Of a stretch of 64,000 bases of DNA, positions 1-8,918 are shown one piece after another; the first letter of the stretch is position 1; every line of letters begins with the position of its first letter. A program made the position numbers and the translations under genes. Source of the stretch: a bacterium (lineage in GTDB: Bacteria > Patescibacteriota > Minisyncoccia > Phycocordibacterales > UBA6065); assembly GCA_030680695.1 (NCBI GenBank), contig JAUXUT010000149.1, positions 39,801 to 103,800 of the forward strand, given 5' to 3'. The notes below the pieces were generated by a model that had not been told where the DNA came from, searched no databases, and saw nothing but the letters and a program-made list of their open reading frames with translations.

Positions 1-110
1 GTTCTGTTCGCAGCACCGAGATCACTAAGAAACTCACAGTTTCTGGTATCGAAGTTTCGGCTTCGGCCAAGGCGGCGATAGAAAAGGCCGGCGGCAAGGT
101 ACACGAATAA
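1..110 (+). CDS. rplO: 50S ribosomal protein L15, C-terminal part (partial)
   Basis: Frame from nt 3 reads ...KKLTVSGIEVSASAKAAIEKAGGKVHE*; lies immediately upstream of secY. Confidence 0.92.
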   Translation, partial: SVRSTEITKKLTVSGIEVSASAKAAIEKAGGKVHE

Positions 111-114
111 AGTC

Positions 115-1386
115 ATGAACGTATTCATCGATAAGCTCGCACATGTATTCAGGGACAAAAGCCTTAGGAAAAGGGTCATGTTCGTGCTTTTCGTCCTCAT
201 TGGCTTCAGGCTTCTTACCACTGTGCCTGTTCCAGGCATCGATATCGCACGACTAGGACAGTTCTTGTCTTCGAGCGAGTTCTTCGGACTTCTCAACATC
301 TTCTCTGGAGGTGGTCTTGCAAACCTTTCTATCGTTATGCTCGGCGTGGGACCATACATCACCGCGTCGATCATCATGCAGCTTGTGACCATCATGTCGC
401 CTCGCATGAAGGCCATGTATCAGGAAGAAGGCGAGGCTGGTCGCGCGAAATTCGCACAGTATTCACGCCGTCTTTCGCTTCCTCTCGCTTTCATCCAGGC
501 ATTTTCTTTCATCATCATCCTTCAGAAACAGGCTATCATTCCTGAACTTTCTGCATTCGGCCTTCTCCTTAACGTGACTGTTATCGCCACGGGTTCTATG
601 CTCCTTATGTGGCTTGGCGAGCTCATTACCGAGTTCGGACTTGGTAACGGAACGTCGATTATCATCTTTGCCGGTATCGTAGCGACCCTTCCTCAGCAGC
701 TTCTTGGTCTTGTTGCGACATATGATCCTTCTCAGCTTCCTATGTACGCCGCTATCGCGGTCCTTGCACTGGCCGTAATATACGCGGTCGTATTCATTAC
801 CGAGGCAGAGAGGCCGATTCCTGTCACCTATGCCAAGCAGGTGCGCGGCCAGAAGGTTTACGGCGGCGTTTCTACTTATCTTCCTTTGCGCCTTAACCAG
901 GCCGGTGTGATTCCGATCATCTTCGCGCTCTCGATCCTCCTTATTCCTCAGATGGTCTTCAACTTCCTTTCGACGGCTACTAGCCCTATCCTTGCAAACA
1001 TATCTCGAATTGGACTCAACCTTGTAGACAACCATCTGCTCTATAACTCGATCTATTTCGCCCTTATCTTCGTCTTCACTTACTTCTACACAGCGATTAC
1101 CTTCGATCCTCAGCAGATTTCGCAGAACCTTCAGAAGTCTGGCGCCTTCGTTCCTGGCGTACGTCCTGGCCAGTCTACTTCGGACTATCTTTCAAAGATT
1201 GTCACCAGGATCACCCTTGTCGGCGCACTCTTCCTTGGTGTTATCGCGGTACTTCCGCTCGTCCTACGAACATATACAGGCAATGCAGCGCTTGCCATCG
1301 GCGGTACGGCCCTTCTCATCGTGGTGTCTGTAGTCCTCGATGTTACAAAGAAACTCGACGCGCAGGTATCGATGAGGGAATACTAG
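115..1386 (+). CDS. secY: Preprotein translocase subunit SecY
   Basis: LGVGPYITASIIMQL, GLGNGTSIIIFAGI, NQAGVIPIIFA, FVPGVRPG, IGGTALLIVV motifs. Confidence 0.99.
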   Translation: MNVFIDKLAHVFRDKSLRKRVMFVLFVLIGFRLLTTVPVPGIDIARLGQFLSSSEFFGLLNIFSGGGLANLSIVMLGVGPYITASIIMQLVTIMSPRMKAMYQEEGEAGRAKFAQYSRRLSLPLAFIQAFSFIIILQKQAIIPELSAFGLLLNVTVIATGSMLLMWLGELITEFGLGNGTSIIIFAGIVATLPQQLLGLVATYDPSQLPMYAAIAVLALAVIYAVVFITEAERPIPVTYAKQVRGQKVYGGVSTYLPLRLNQAGVIPIIFALSILLIPQMVFNFLSTATSPILANISRIGLNLVDNHLLYNSIYFALIFVFTYFYTAITFDPQQISQNLQKSGAFVPGVRPGQSTSDYLSKIVTRITLVGALFLGVIAVLPLVLRTYTGNAALAIGGTALLIVVSVVLDVTKKLDAQVSMREY

Positions 1387-1390
1387 TTAA

Positions 1391-1432
1391 TAAAACGAAA
1401 AAATCCGCAGAAATGCGGATTTTTTCGTTTTA
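1391..1432. terminator. Intrinsic terminator hairpin after secY
   Basis: TAAAACGAAAAAATCCGCA-GAAA-TGCGGATTTTTTCGTTTTA perfect inverted repeat. Confidence 0.85.
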
Positions 1433-1448
1433 CGCTACACTTAGCCGT

Positions 1449-2042
1449 ATGAAACAACTCACGGTCGTTTTCTTTGGAAGGACTGGTTCTGGAAAGGGAA
1501 CCCAGGCCACTTTGTTCATGGAGACTCTCAAAAAGGCTGATCCGTCGAGGAGGTCGATATATGTCGAAACCGGAGAACGATTACGTCAGTTTATGACGGG
1601 AGGCAGTTACAGCGCAGACATCGTCAAGAAAACTTTGGACGATGGCAAGCTTCTTGGTGCGTACTTGCCGATATGGATATGGACAGGACTTCTTATTGAT
1701 GAATATACAGGGAACGAGCACCTGGTGTTTGATGGCGTGGCAAGGAGGGTTGAGGAGGCTCATATACTCGACTCGGCGATGCAGCTTTATAGCCAAGGTG
1801 AGAAGCCGAAGATAATCGTTCTTGATGTGCCGGAACCGGAAGTTAAGACTCGCCTTTTGAAACGCGCTCGTCATGACGATGAAGAGGAAAAGATTGCCAA
1901 GAGGCTGGAATCTTACGATACGGACATTGTCCGCTCCATAGCTTATTTTGAGAAGAGCCCGACCGTGGATTTCTTTAAAATAGACGGTCATCAGAGCGTT
2001 GAAGCCGTGCATAAAGACGTGCTCAAGGCCCTTGGAATTTAG
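1449..2042 (+). CDS. adk: Adenylate kinase family nucleoside monophosphate kinase (short LID)
   Basis: P-loop GRTGSGKGTQ, FDGVARR, RHDD; secY-adk-map synteny. Start moved to ATG 1449, which follows a TACACT -10 box. Confidence 0.9.
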   Translation: MKQLTVVFFGRTGSGKGTQATLFMETLKKADPSRRSIYVETGERLRQFMTGGSYSADIVKKTLDDGKLLGAYLPIWIWTGLLIDEYTGNEHLVFDGVARRVEEAHILDSAMQLYSQGEKPKIIVLDVPEPEVKTRLLKRARHDDEEEKIAKRLESYDTDIVRSIAYFEKSPTVDFFKIDGHQSVEAVHKDVLKALGI

Positions 2043-2050
2043 ATAATCAT

Positions 2051-2821
2051 ATGGCTATCAGACTTAAGCGACCGGCGGATATAGAGATATTGCGAGAGGG
2101 CGGCAAGAGGCATGCCGCGATATTGCGCGCCGTCGCGTCGGCGGTAAAGCCAGGTGTGCGAACCAAGGAATTAGATGATCTTGCGGCGGACCTCATCGCC
2201 CAGGGCAGTGATACTGCCGCGTTCCTTGGGTACACTCCATACGGCGCCAAGCGCCCATATCCGGCGAGCCTTTGCGTGTCGGTGAACGACGAGATTGTCC
2301 ATGGTATTCCAAACGAAAATGACCGTATCCTCGTCGAAGGTGATGTTGTTTCGCTCGACCTCGGCCTTGTACACAATGGCATGTATACCGACGCCGCGGT
2401 GACAGTTTCGGTGGGCAAGGCGAGCCGTGATGCCACCAAGCTTTTGAGGGCCGGCAAGGAGGCCTTGGAAAAAGCCATTAAGGCCGCACAGCCCGGCAAT
2501 ACCACTGGCCATATTGGTCAGGCGGTTGAAGAATATGTGAGGCCTTTGGGATTTGGGATAGTACGCGAGCTCGCAGGTCACGGGCTCGGATACAGCGTCC
2601 ACGAGGACCCGTATGTGCCGAATTATGGAAGGGCCGGAGAGGGCGATGAGCTCGTGCCAGGCATGGTTATCGCAATCGAACCAATGCTTAACGCTGGCAC
2701 TGAGGCCATCAAGCTCGATAAGGATGGATACACGTATCGAACCAAGGACGGCAGTCTATCAGTCCATTTTGAGCATACGATTCTCATAACAGAAAATGGT
2801 CCAGAGGTACTAACAAGATAA
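2051..2821 (+). CDS. map: Type I methionine aminopeptidase
   Basis: CVSVNDEIVHGIP, DAAVT, GHGLG..HEDP, AIEPM, HFEHTI. Confidence 0.98.
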   Translation: MAIRLKRPADIEILREGGKRHAAILRAVASAVKPGVRTKELDDLAADLIAQGSDTAAFLGYTPYGAKRPYPASLCVSVNDEIVHGIPNENDRILVEGDVVSLDLGLVHNGMYTDAAVTVSVGKASRDATKLLRAGKEALEKAIKAAQPGNTTGHIGQAVEEYVRPLGFGIVRELAGHGLGYSVHEDPYVPNYGRAGEGDELVPGMVIAIEPMLNAGTEAIKLDKDGYTYRTKDGSLSVHFEHTILITENGPEVLTR

Positions 2822-2832
2822 AAACTAATACC

Positions 2833-3441
2833 ATGACACATCCAAGGCAAGAAAGGACTCTTATTATCATCAAGCCTGACGGAGTGCAACGGTCGCTTGT
2901 CGGCGAAATGATTGGCCGATTCGAACGCATTGGACTTAAGATTGTGGGAATGAAGATGATGCTTGCTGCGCCCGACCATGTTGAAGCGCATTACACCCTC
3001 GATCCACAGTGGCGTGTGAAGACTGGTGAGAAGTCCATCAAGTCATACAAGGACCGTGGCGAGAATCATCCACATGGCGATGACCCTGTTGTTGTGACTG
3101 GCATTATTTTGGACAAGTTGCGTGACTATATGGCTTCAGGACCTGTCATACCGATGGTGTTGGAAGGTGCGCATGCCGTATCCATTGTGAGGAAGCTTGT
3201 TGGTTCGACCGAGCCGTTGTCGTCTGACGTTGGCACCATACGCGGCGATTTCGTTCTCGACTCATATACAATGAGCAACGATGACGAGCGCGCGGTGCGA
3301 AATCTCATTCATGCATCCGGGTCTGTGGCCGAGGCAGAGCAGGAAATCAGGCATTGGTTCACGGAAGAGGAGGTTGCCGGGTATCGTCACATTCAAGAAG
3401 GAATAATTTACGACGATTTGGATCATATTTTGGGAAAGTAG
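2833..3441 (+). CDS. ndk: Nucleoside diphosphate kinase
   Basis: ERTLIIIKPDGVQRSLVG, GTIRGDF, NLIHASGS. Confidence 0.97.
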   Translation: MTHPRQERTLIIIKPDGVQRSLVGEMIGRFERIGLKIVGMKMMLAAPDHVEAHYTLDPQWRVKTGEKSIKSYKDRGENHPHGDDPVVVTGIILDKLRDYMASGPVIPMVLEGAHAVSIVRKLVGSTEPLSSDVGTIRGDFVLDSYTMSNDDERAVRNLIHASGSVAEAEQEIRHWFTEEEVAGYRHIQEGIIYDDLDHILGK

Positions 3442-3584
3442 GGATGTCTGGAGGGGAGGGCGTCGGCGACGGCGGCGGCGGACAGTCATATAACTTTTTC
3501 ACATACATGGCACATTTGATGAAAAAAGCATCAAATGCGCCACGTATACAAATTTGTATATAAATTTGTATATAACTCGGATAT

Positions 3585-3612
3585 AAAAAAGCCGCCCTGT
3601 GAGGGGCGGCTT
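3585..3612. terminator. Terminator hairpin between convergent ndk and orphan gene
   Basis: AAAAAAGCCGCCC-TGTGAG-GGGCGGCTT. Confidence 0.75.
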
Positions 3613-3652
3613 GAGGTGACCAAAGAACTGGCGGGCAGGTCGGCCGGCGGCG

Positions 3653-4087
3653 TTAACTGCCGGGTGTGCCGGTGGCGCCGTCGGTAGTGACCGTTGCTTG
3701 TGAAGCGATTTTCGTTTTGGCGACGCCGTCGGTGTTTGCGATAATCAGACCGATGGATTGTTGGCTCGGCGTTCGCGGCATAACTTGCTGTTCGCCGAAG
3801 GCCTTGGCCATCTGCTCGGCCGTGGCGCGGACGTAGCCGGCCTGGACGATGCGCTGGTCGATGACGGTCTGGTCGGTGAGTTCGGTCCAGGCGAGGCGAA
3901 TCGTGAGATTCTCGATCGTGGCGACGTAGTCGGTGATCTCGATACCCTCGATGGCCGGCGTCTTGACGGTTTCGGTAGCGACGGACTTCTCGATGGATGG
4001 CGTGTCAACGGTGGTCTGAGCGGCGGCGGTGAGGCCGATACACAGGATTCCGGCGATGGCGATGAGCGGGCGGATGTGCTTTTTCAT
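3653..4087 (-). CDS. Hypothetical secreted protein
   Basis: MKKHIRPLIAIAGILCIGLTAAA signal peptide; GC-rich codon usage. Confidence 0.7.
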   Translation of the reverse strand: MKKHIRPLIAIAGILCIGLTAAAQTTVDTPSIEKSVATETVKTPAIEGIEITDYVATIENLTIRLAWTELTDQTVIDQRIVQAGYVRATAEQMAKAFGEQQVMPRTPSQQSIGLIIANTDGVAKTKIASQATVTTDGATGTPGS

Positions 4088-4382
4088 GGGTTTGTGTGGA
4101 TTTCCCCATAGCCTTTTTCCGACAGGGATAGGGCAGGGGTTCGAAGGCTCTGGTATGGCCATGTGGCCTAGTTAAGCGCTCGAATCCCTGTCCTATCTCT
4201 TTTGGGAACAAAAAATCACCTTTCGGTGTGCTTTACCCTCTACTCTCTATTATACACCCCAGGGGGTAATAAGTCAAGCGCCTCACACTGCAAATATCCA
4301 CATGTTAGACGCGGCGATTATTTCGTTTCATGGTCGGCTGTCCCCATTGCGGGCGCGTCTAACGGGTCTATAATATCAAATA

Positions 4383-4503
4383 GGGTTGTCTGAAAGATTA
4401 ACTCTATAACATTTTTTTCGGGAGGAACCCCTTTCGTTCGGCCTCGGCCGCCCGTCGGATCCACCCACCTAGTTAACACTAGGGACAATCTTTCGGATGA
4501 CCC
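4383..4503 (+). ncRNA. Putative compact 6S-like RNA
   Basis: TATAAT at 4369-4374; 17-bp closing stem GGGTTGTCTGAAAGATT/AATCTTTCGGATGACCC with G-U pairs; AT-rich 5' bubble; 3' bubble hairpin CCTAG/CTAGG; own terminator follows. Confidence 0.6.
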
Positions 4504-4504
4504 C

Positions 4505-4534
4505 CAGAGAAACCGGCTTCGGCCGGTTTTTCTG
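4505..4534 (+). terminator. Intrinsic terminator of the putative ncRNA
   Basis: CAGAGAAACCGGC-TTCG-GCCGGTTTTTCTG. Confidence 0.8.
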
Positions 4535-4573
4535 TTGGTGAGTACATCGTACTCGTCATGATATACTTTCTTC

Positions 4574-4957
4574 ATGCATAAGAGCGCGTATTTTCTTCCA
4601 AACTTCATTCTCCTAATCGTGATTGCAGCGCTCCACTGGATAAGCTCGCTTTTTGGATTCTACGAAAGCACCGAATGGTTCGACATCATGATGCACTTCC
4701 TTGGCGGTGCATGGGTTTCGGGTACGGCTCTCTGGCTCGCGGCGGTTTACTTGCCTGATTCGCGTCTTTACCTAGTCACAGTAAGGAATCTTGTTCTGTG
4801 TGCCATTGTCGTCGGTATCGCATGGGAATTGTTTGAACTCGTCATGGGTTGGACATCATTTGCCATGGAAAATTATTGGGGTGATACGGTGCTCGACCTC
4901 GTCATGGATGTGATTGGAGGATGGACCATGGCTAGGATTCTCAAAAAAATATTTTAG
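4574..4957 (+). CDS. Hypothetical membrane protein (VanZ/DUF2238-like)
   Basis: Four hydrophobic helices; WFDIMMHFLGG, WELFE, DTVLDLVMD. Confidence 0.75.
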   Translation: MHKSAYFLPNFILLIVIAALHWISSLFGFYESTEWFDIMMHFLGGAWVSGTALWLAAVYLPDSRLYLVTVRNLVLCAIVVGIAWELFELVMGWTSFAMENYWGDTVLDLVMDVIGGWTMARILKKIF

Positions 4958-4962
4958 GAACC

Positions 4963-6354
4963 ATGAGCGGCTGCACACTTACATGTTGTGGCGGTGTGGA
5001 TAATGCGACGGGGGCGAATTTTCTCCTCAAGACCCCGAGAGGCAAGTTGCTTGTTGATTGTGGGCTCGTCCAGGGATCGCGTGTAGCCCAGGAAGAAAAC
5101 CGCGACGCCTTTTCATATGACCCAAAGGAAATTCCTGTTCTCCTTATTACCCATGCTCATATGGACCACATCGGTCGTATACCAAAATTGGTGCGAGAAG
5201 GGTTTGAAGGAGTTATATATTCGACCGAAGAGACACGAGACCTTGCGACCGTTATGCTCGCCGACGCCCAGAACCTGATTGCTCGCGAGGCGAGGGAATC
5301 GGGCCGTACGCCTATATACGAGAAGGAAGACGTGGCCAGGGCGCTTTCTCTGTGGAAAGTTGTCACATATCATCAGACGCTTGATGTCGTGCCCGGAATA
5401 TCGGCATTTTGGAAGGACGCGGGACATATTTTAGGCTCGGCTATTATTGAAATTGCCGTAGATCCTGGGACTGGTGCGGATGGCAAGGTTGGCAAGCCAT
5501 TCCGTATTGCCTTTACGGGTGATTTGGGAAATTCGCCGACGCCTTTGTTGCGAGACACTGAATATGTTAATGATGCGGATTATATGGTCATAGAAAGCGT
5601 CTATGGCGATAGGAACCATGAACCAAAGGCCGAACGCGACGAGAAGTTTGCCCGCATATTAAAGGAAAGTCTGCGCGCAGGTGGTACGGTACTCATTCCG
5701 GCCTTTTCGCTCGAACGTACTCAGGTTATGTTGTACAAGCTCAACAATCTGGTTGAAGCAGGGGAATTGCCGAAGGTCCCTGTTTACATGGATTCACCTC
5801 TTGGCAGTCGTGTGACCGAGATTTACCGCAGGCACGTGAAGGATTTCAATATCGAGACACAGAAAGTTATTGCAGGAGGCGACGACATATTTGATTTTGC
5901 GGGATTGCGCATCGTGGAAGACGCCCAGGCGTCGGCCCAGATTCATTCGGTACCGGGTGCAAAAATCATCATCGCCGGTTCGGGTATGTCAGTGGGCGGT
6001 AGGGTGCTCGCCCATGAACGAGTGTATCTTTCTGACCCAAAGGCTACCGTCGTGCTGGTCGGTTTTCAAGTCCCGGGATCAATCGGTCGCAGGATAGAGG
6101 AAAAATCATCCAACATCGTAATTGATGGCCAGAGGGTGAAGGTCCGATGCCGCATCGAGAAGGTCGGAGGCTATTCGTCACACAAGGATTCTAACGGGCT
6201 CGTGGACTTTGTGGCGCATGCCATGCCACGCCTCAAAAAAGTATTCGTTGCTATGGGTGAAAATAAATCCTCGACTTTTCTTGCCCAGAGGATGAATGGG
6301 GAATTGGGGGCGAATGCTGTGGTGCCGGAGAAGAACGTGGAATATCCACTGTAG
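4963..6354 (+). CDS. MBL-fold beta-CASP ribonuclease-like hydrolase
   Basis: LVDCG, THAHMDHIG, AGHILGS, FTGDLG, ESVYG, AFSLERTQ, YSSHKD. Confidence 0.93.
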   Translation: MSGCTLTCCGGVDNATGANFLLKTPRGKLLVDCGLVQGSRVAQEENRDAFSYDPKEIPVLLITHAHMDHIGRIPKLVREGFEGVIYSTEETRDLATVMLADAQNLIAREARESGRTPIYEKEDVARALSLWKVVTYHQTLDVVPGISAFWKDAGHILGSAIIEIAVDPGTGADGKVGKPFRIAFTGDLGNSPTPLLRDTEYVNDADYMVIESVYGDRNHEPKAERDEKFARILKESLRAGGTVLIPAFSLERTQVMLYKLNNLVEAGELPKVPVYMDSPLGSRVTEIYRRHVKDFNIETQKVIAGGDDIFDFAGLRIVEDAQASAQIHSVPGAKIIIAGSGMSVGGRVLAHERVYLSDPKATVVLVGFQVPGSIGRRIEEKSSNIVIDGQRVKVRCRIEKVGGYSSHKDSNGLVDFVAHAMPRLKKVFVAMGENKSSTFLAQRMNGELGANAVVPEKNVEYPL

Positions 6355-6379
6355 TAATCATCGTGGTATAGTCGGATGC

Positions 6380-7363
6380 ATGGAGACTCTCAAGGACGAG
6401 CTTGCGCGAAAATATGGACTGACCAACGGTGTTAGTTTATGTCGGGCGGAGGGAGGTTTTATCAGTACCAATTACATTGTCGAAACAGCGGGGAAGAAGT
6501 ATTTCCTCAAGCAATATGCCACCAACAAGCTCTCTAAGGTTCAAGTTGTTCATAAAGCCAAGGCATTTTTTGCTTTAAAAGGCCTTCCTGTCATATTACC
6601 TATTGAAACGACTGATGGGGATACAGTGATGAGTATTGGCGACAAACATCATGCACTTTTTCCATTTATCGAAGGGGGTGTCCACTTTAAGCGCGGCGAG
6701 ATACCAGAGACGGCAATCAAGTCTTCGGCGAGACTCTTGGCCGATTTACATCGCACAGGTAAAGAGTGTCCGTTTGTGGCGACCGATGTGATGTCTTATA
6801 AAACAAAAGAGGAATTTATGGAGCGCGTAGACGAGCTCATCTCCATCATATCCAAGATTACGACTCCTTCCACATTCGACACGCTTGCCTTCGAATCTCT
6901 GATGCTCAAAAAATCTTTGGTCGAGCGCGATTATATGCCCCTTTCGGAACTCAAAGGCGAAGATCCGATCCTAATCCACGGCGACTTCCAGGATGGCAAT
7001 ATTTTCTTCGACCGGGAAGGACGCGTACTCAAAGTATTCGATTTTGATAAGGCTCGCATGGGCTTGCGCGCCGGAGAACTTTGGAGGGCAGTGAACTATA
7101 TGTTTCTGAACGGGTTCTTTGATGAACACCGCCTTGCTCAGGCACGTCTTTTTATCTATGAGTATCGGAAGGCGATAGATATAGATAGGGATGAACTGGT
7201 CAACGGACTAGAGGTGTTCTACCAGCGCATTATCAAGAGCCTTTGGATTGAGACTTTCCATTATCTGGACGGTAATACGCGCACCGACGTGCTCCTTGAG
7301 AATCGAACGACGGCATATCTCTCCGATCACAGGAAGCAATTGTTTCAAAGACTTGTCATGTAA
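6380..7363 (+). CDS. APH/homoserine kinase type II-like phosphotransferase
   Basis: YFLKQY, IHGDFQDGNIFF, VFDFD; ATG 6380 follows TATAGT. Confidence 0.88.
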   Translation: METLKDELARKYGLTNGVSLCRAEGGFISTNYIVETAGKKYFLKQYATNKLSKVQVVHKAKAFFALKGLPVILPIETTDGDTVMSIGDKHHALFPFIEGGVHFKRGEIPETAIKSSARLLADLHRTGKECPFVATDVMSYKTKEEFMERVDELISIISKITTPSTFDTLAFESLMLKKSLVERDYMPLSELKGEDPILIHGDFQDGNIFFDREGRVLKVFDFDKARMGLRAGELWRAVNYMFLNGFFDEHRLAQARLFIYEYRKAIDIDRDELVNGLEVFYQRIIKSLWIETFHYLDGNTRTDVLLENRTTAYLSDHRKQLFQRLVM

Positions 7364-7392
7364 AGCAAAAACCGCCTTACGGCGGTTTTTGC
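7364..7392. terminator. Bidirectional terminator
   Basis: GCAAAAACCGCC-TTAC-GGCGGTTTTTGC. Confidence 0.85.
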
Positions 7393-7493
7393 CTCCAAGT
7401 CCCGTTTGGCGATTGCCTTGCGGCGGACCAGGTTCGTCAGTGATTCAAGGATAGCAGATGCGCTGTTCCTGTCAAATCTATCACGGCCTACGA

Positions 7494-7561
7494 AGCCGAC
7501 TAAGGGGATTGAACCCTTGGGACTTGGATGACGAACCTAATCCCGTCGCCAGACAGTCGGC
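7494..7561 (-). tRNA. Atypical tRNA-Thr(CGT)-like gene with reduced D-arm
   Basis: Minus strand: acceptor GCCGACT/AGTCGGC, T-arm AAGGG-TTCAATC-CCCTT, loop TTCGTCA; only 68 nt. Confidence 0.6.
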
Positions 7562-7623
7562 TTAGGTATTAAGGTATCAACCATGTCTTGTTGCCGCGAG
7601 ATTTTGAGATAAATTATCGATAA

Positions 7624-7651
7624 AGCAAAAACCGCCAGGGGCGGTTTTTGC
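7624..7651. terminator. Bidirectional terminator downstream of rplT
   Basis: GCAAAAACCGCC-AGG-GGCGGTTTTTGC; stem identical to 7364-7392. Confidence 0.85.
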
Positions 7652-7677
7652 GGGGTGGATGACTTTTATTTAATTTG

Positions 7678-8022
7678 CTATTTGACCTGCGCTACGACGC
7701 GGTCGAAAACCTCTGGTTGGAACTCGGCGAGGTCCGCGAGGATCTTGCGATCGACAATGAAACCTTGTTTTTTGAACGAGCCCATGAATTTGCTGTAAGA
7801 GATACCCTTGGCATCGAGAGCGGCGTTGATTTTGGTTATGAAGAGATTTCGCTTGTCGCCTTTCTTGTCGCGGCGGTGAGCGAAAGCATACGCACCAGCA
7901 TGAGAAATCGCCTCGTATGCTGCACGTTCGGTGGTTGAACGGCGGAATCGGTATCCTTTAACCTGCTTGAGGATGTTCCTTCGGGTTTTGAGAGCATTAA
8001 CGCCCTTTTTTACGCGTGCCAT
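7678..8022 (-). CDS. rplT: 50S ribosomal protein L20
   Basis: MARVKKG...KGYR...YAFAHRRDKK...INAA...SYSKF...DRKILADLA. Confidence 0.98.
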   Translation of the reverse strand: MARVKKGVNALKTRRNILKQVKGYRFRRSTTERAAYEAISHAGAYAFAHRRDKKGDKRNLFITKINAALDAKGISYSKFMGSFKKQGFIVDRKILADLAEFQPEVFDRVVAQVK

Positions 8023-8040
8023 GGCAGTTTAGGTTATTGG

Positions 8041-8229
8041 TTAGTTAAGGTTGGAAAGGAAACGAGCCTTTTCCTTGTTAGTCATATGGAAAGCCTGCAT
8101 ACCAGATTTCTTGATCTGGGAGCGGCCGCTTTCCTTGGCGTTGAAGTGGCCCTGGCCAGGTTTGCGCACGAGAACCTTCCCGTTACGGGTGACTTTGAGC
8201 CTCTTCGCGAATGACTTGTTGGTTTTCAT
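8041..8229 (-). CDS. rpmI: 50S ribosomal protein L35
   Basis: MKTNKSFAKRLKVTRNGK...HFNAK; between infC and rplT. Confidence 0.96.
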   Translation of the reverse strand: MKTNKSFAKRLKVTRNGKVLVRKPGQGHFNAKESGRSQIKKSGMQAFHMTNKEKARFLSNLN

Positions 8230-8343
8230 CTCCTTTCTGCTAAATATAGGGAAAAAATAAGAGCCCCTATGACTTGCTGGGCTGTTATTGCGAGTATAGC
8301 AGACTTACGGGCTTTGTAAAGCCCGCGAATCGGGGTGGGGCCG

Positions 8344-8856
8344 TTAGGCGCGCTCGATTATGGTCGACATGCCTTTCGGGCTTTTCTGTGGCCTTTCAGC
8401 GAGCTTGTGGGGGACAGTGATGAGGACGAGCAGGCGATTCATGCGTTCCTCGAGGAACTTCGGGTCCATGTATTTGGATCGGCCGGGGAGGAAAAGGTCG
8501 AGCTTGATGCGCTGGCCGTCGACAAGCCATTCCGAGGCCTTTTTGGCTTTGAGGGCGAGGTCATGATCGCCGGTACCGATTTTCACCTGAAGGGTTTTAA
8601 TCTCGATAACATGAGCCTTGGCCTTGGCCGCCTTGGCTTTCTTGCTTTCGTCGTACGAGAACTTGCCATAGTCCTGGATTTTGCAGACTGGAGGGACTGC
8701 GTTCGGAGAAATCTCGATAAGGTCGAGGCCAAGCTCCTGCGACTTGAGAAGGGCGTCGCCCATGCGCATTACGCCGAAATTCTCGCCCTCAGGGCCGATT
8801 ACGCGCACTTCGGGCGACTTGATCTGGAGATTTATTCTAGTCCTTAGTTTACTCAA
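8344..8856 (-). CDS. infC: Translation initiation factor IF-3 (non-AUG start, probably TTG 8856)
   Basis: RINLQIKSPEVRVIG, LDLIEISPNAVPPVCKIQDYGKF; no in-frame ATG near the expected N-terminus. Confidence 0.95.
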   Translation of the reverse strand: MSKLRTRINLQIKSPEVRVIGPEGENFGVMRMGDALLKSQELGLDLIEISPNAVPPVCKIQDYGKFSYDESKKAKAAKAKAHVIEIKTLQVKIGTGDHDLALKAKKASEWLVDGQRIKLDLFLPGRSKYMDPKFLEERMNRLLVLITVPHKLAERPQKSPKGMSTIIERA

Positions 8857-8918
8857 TTCTTTGATGTGTTTATTACTGTCGGTCGCTACATGAAAGCATA
8901 TTTCGAGACATACGGCAA

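Noticed and set aside
3545-3575. Short tandem/palindromic AAATTTGTATAT repeat
   Set aside because: Only two copies of low-complexity AT sequence; no supportable function.
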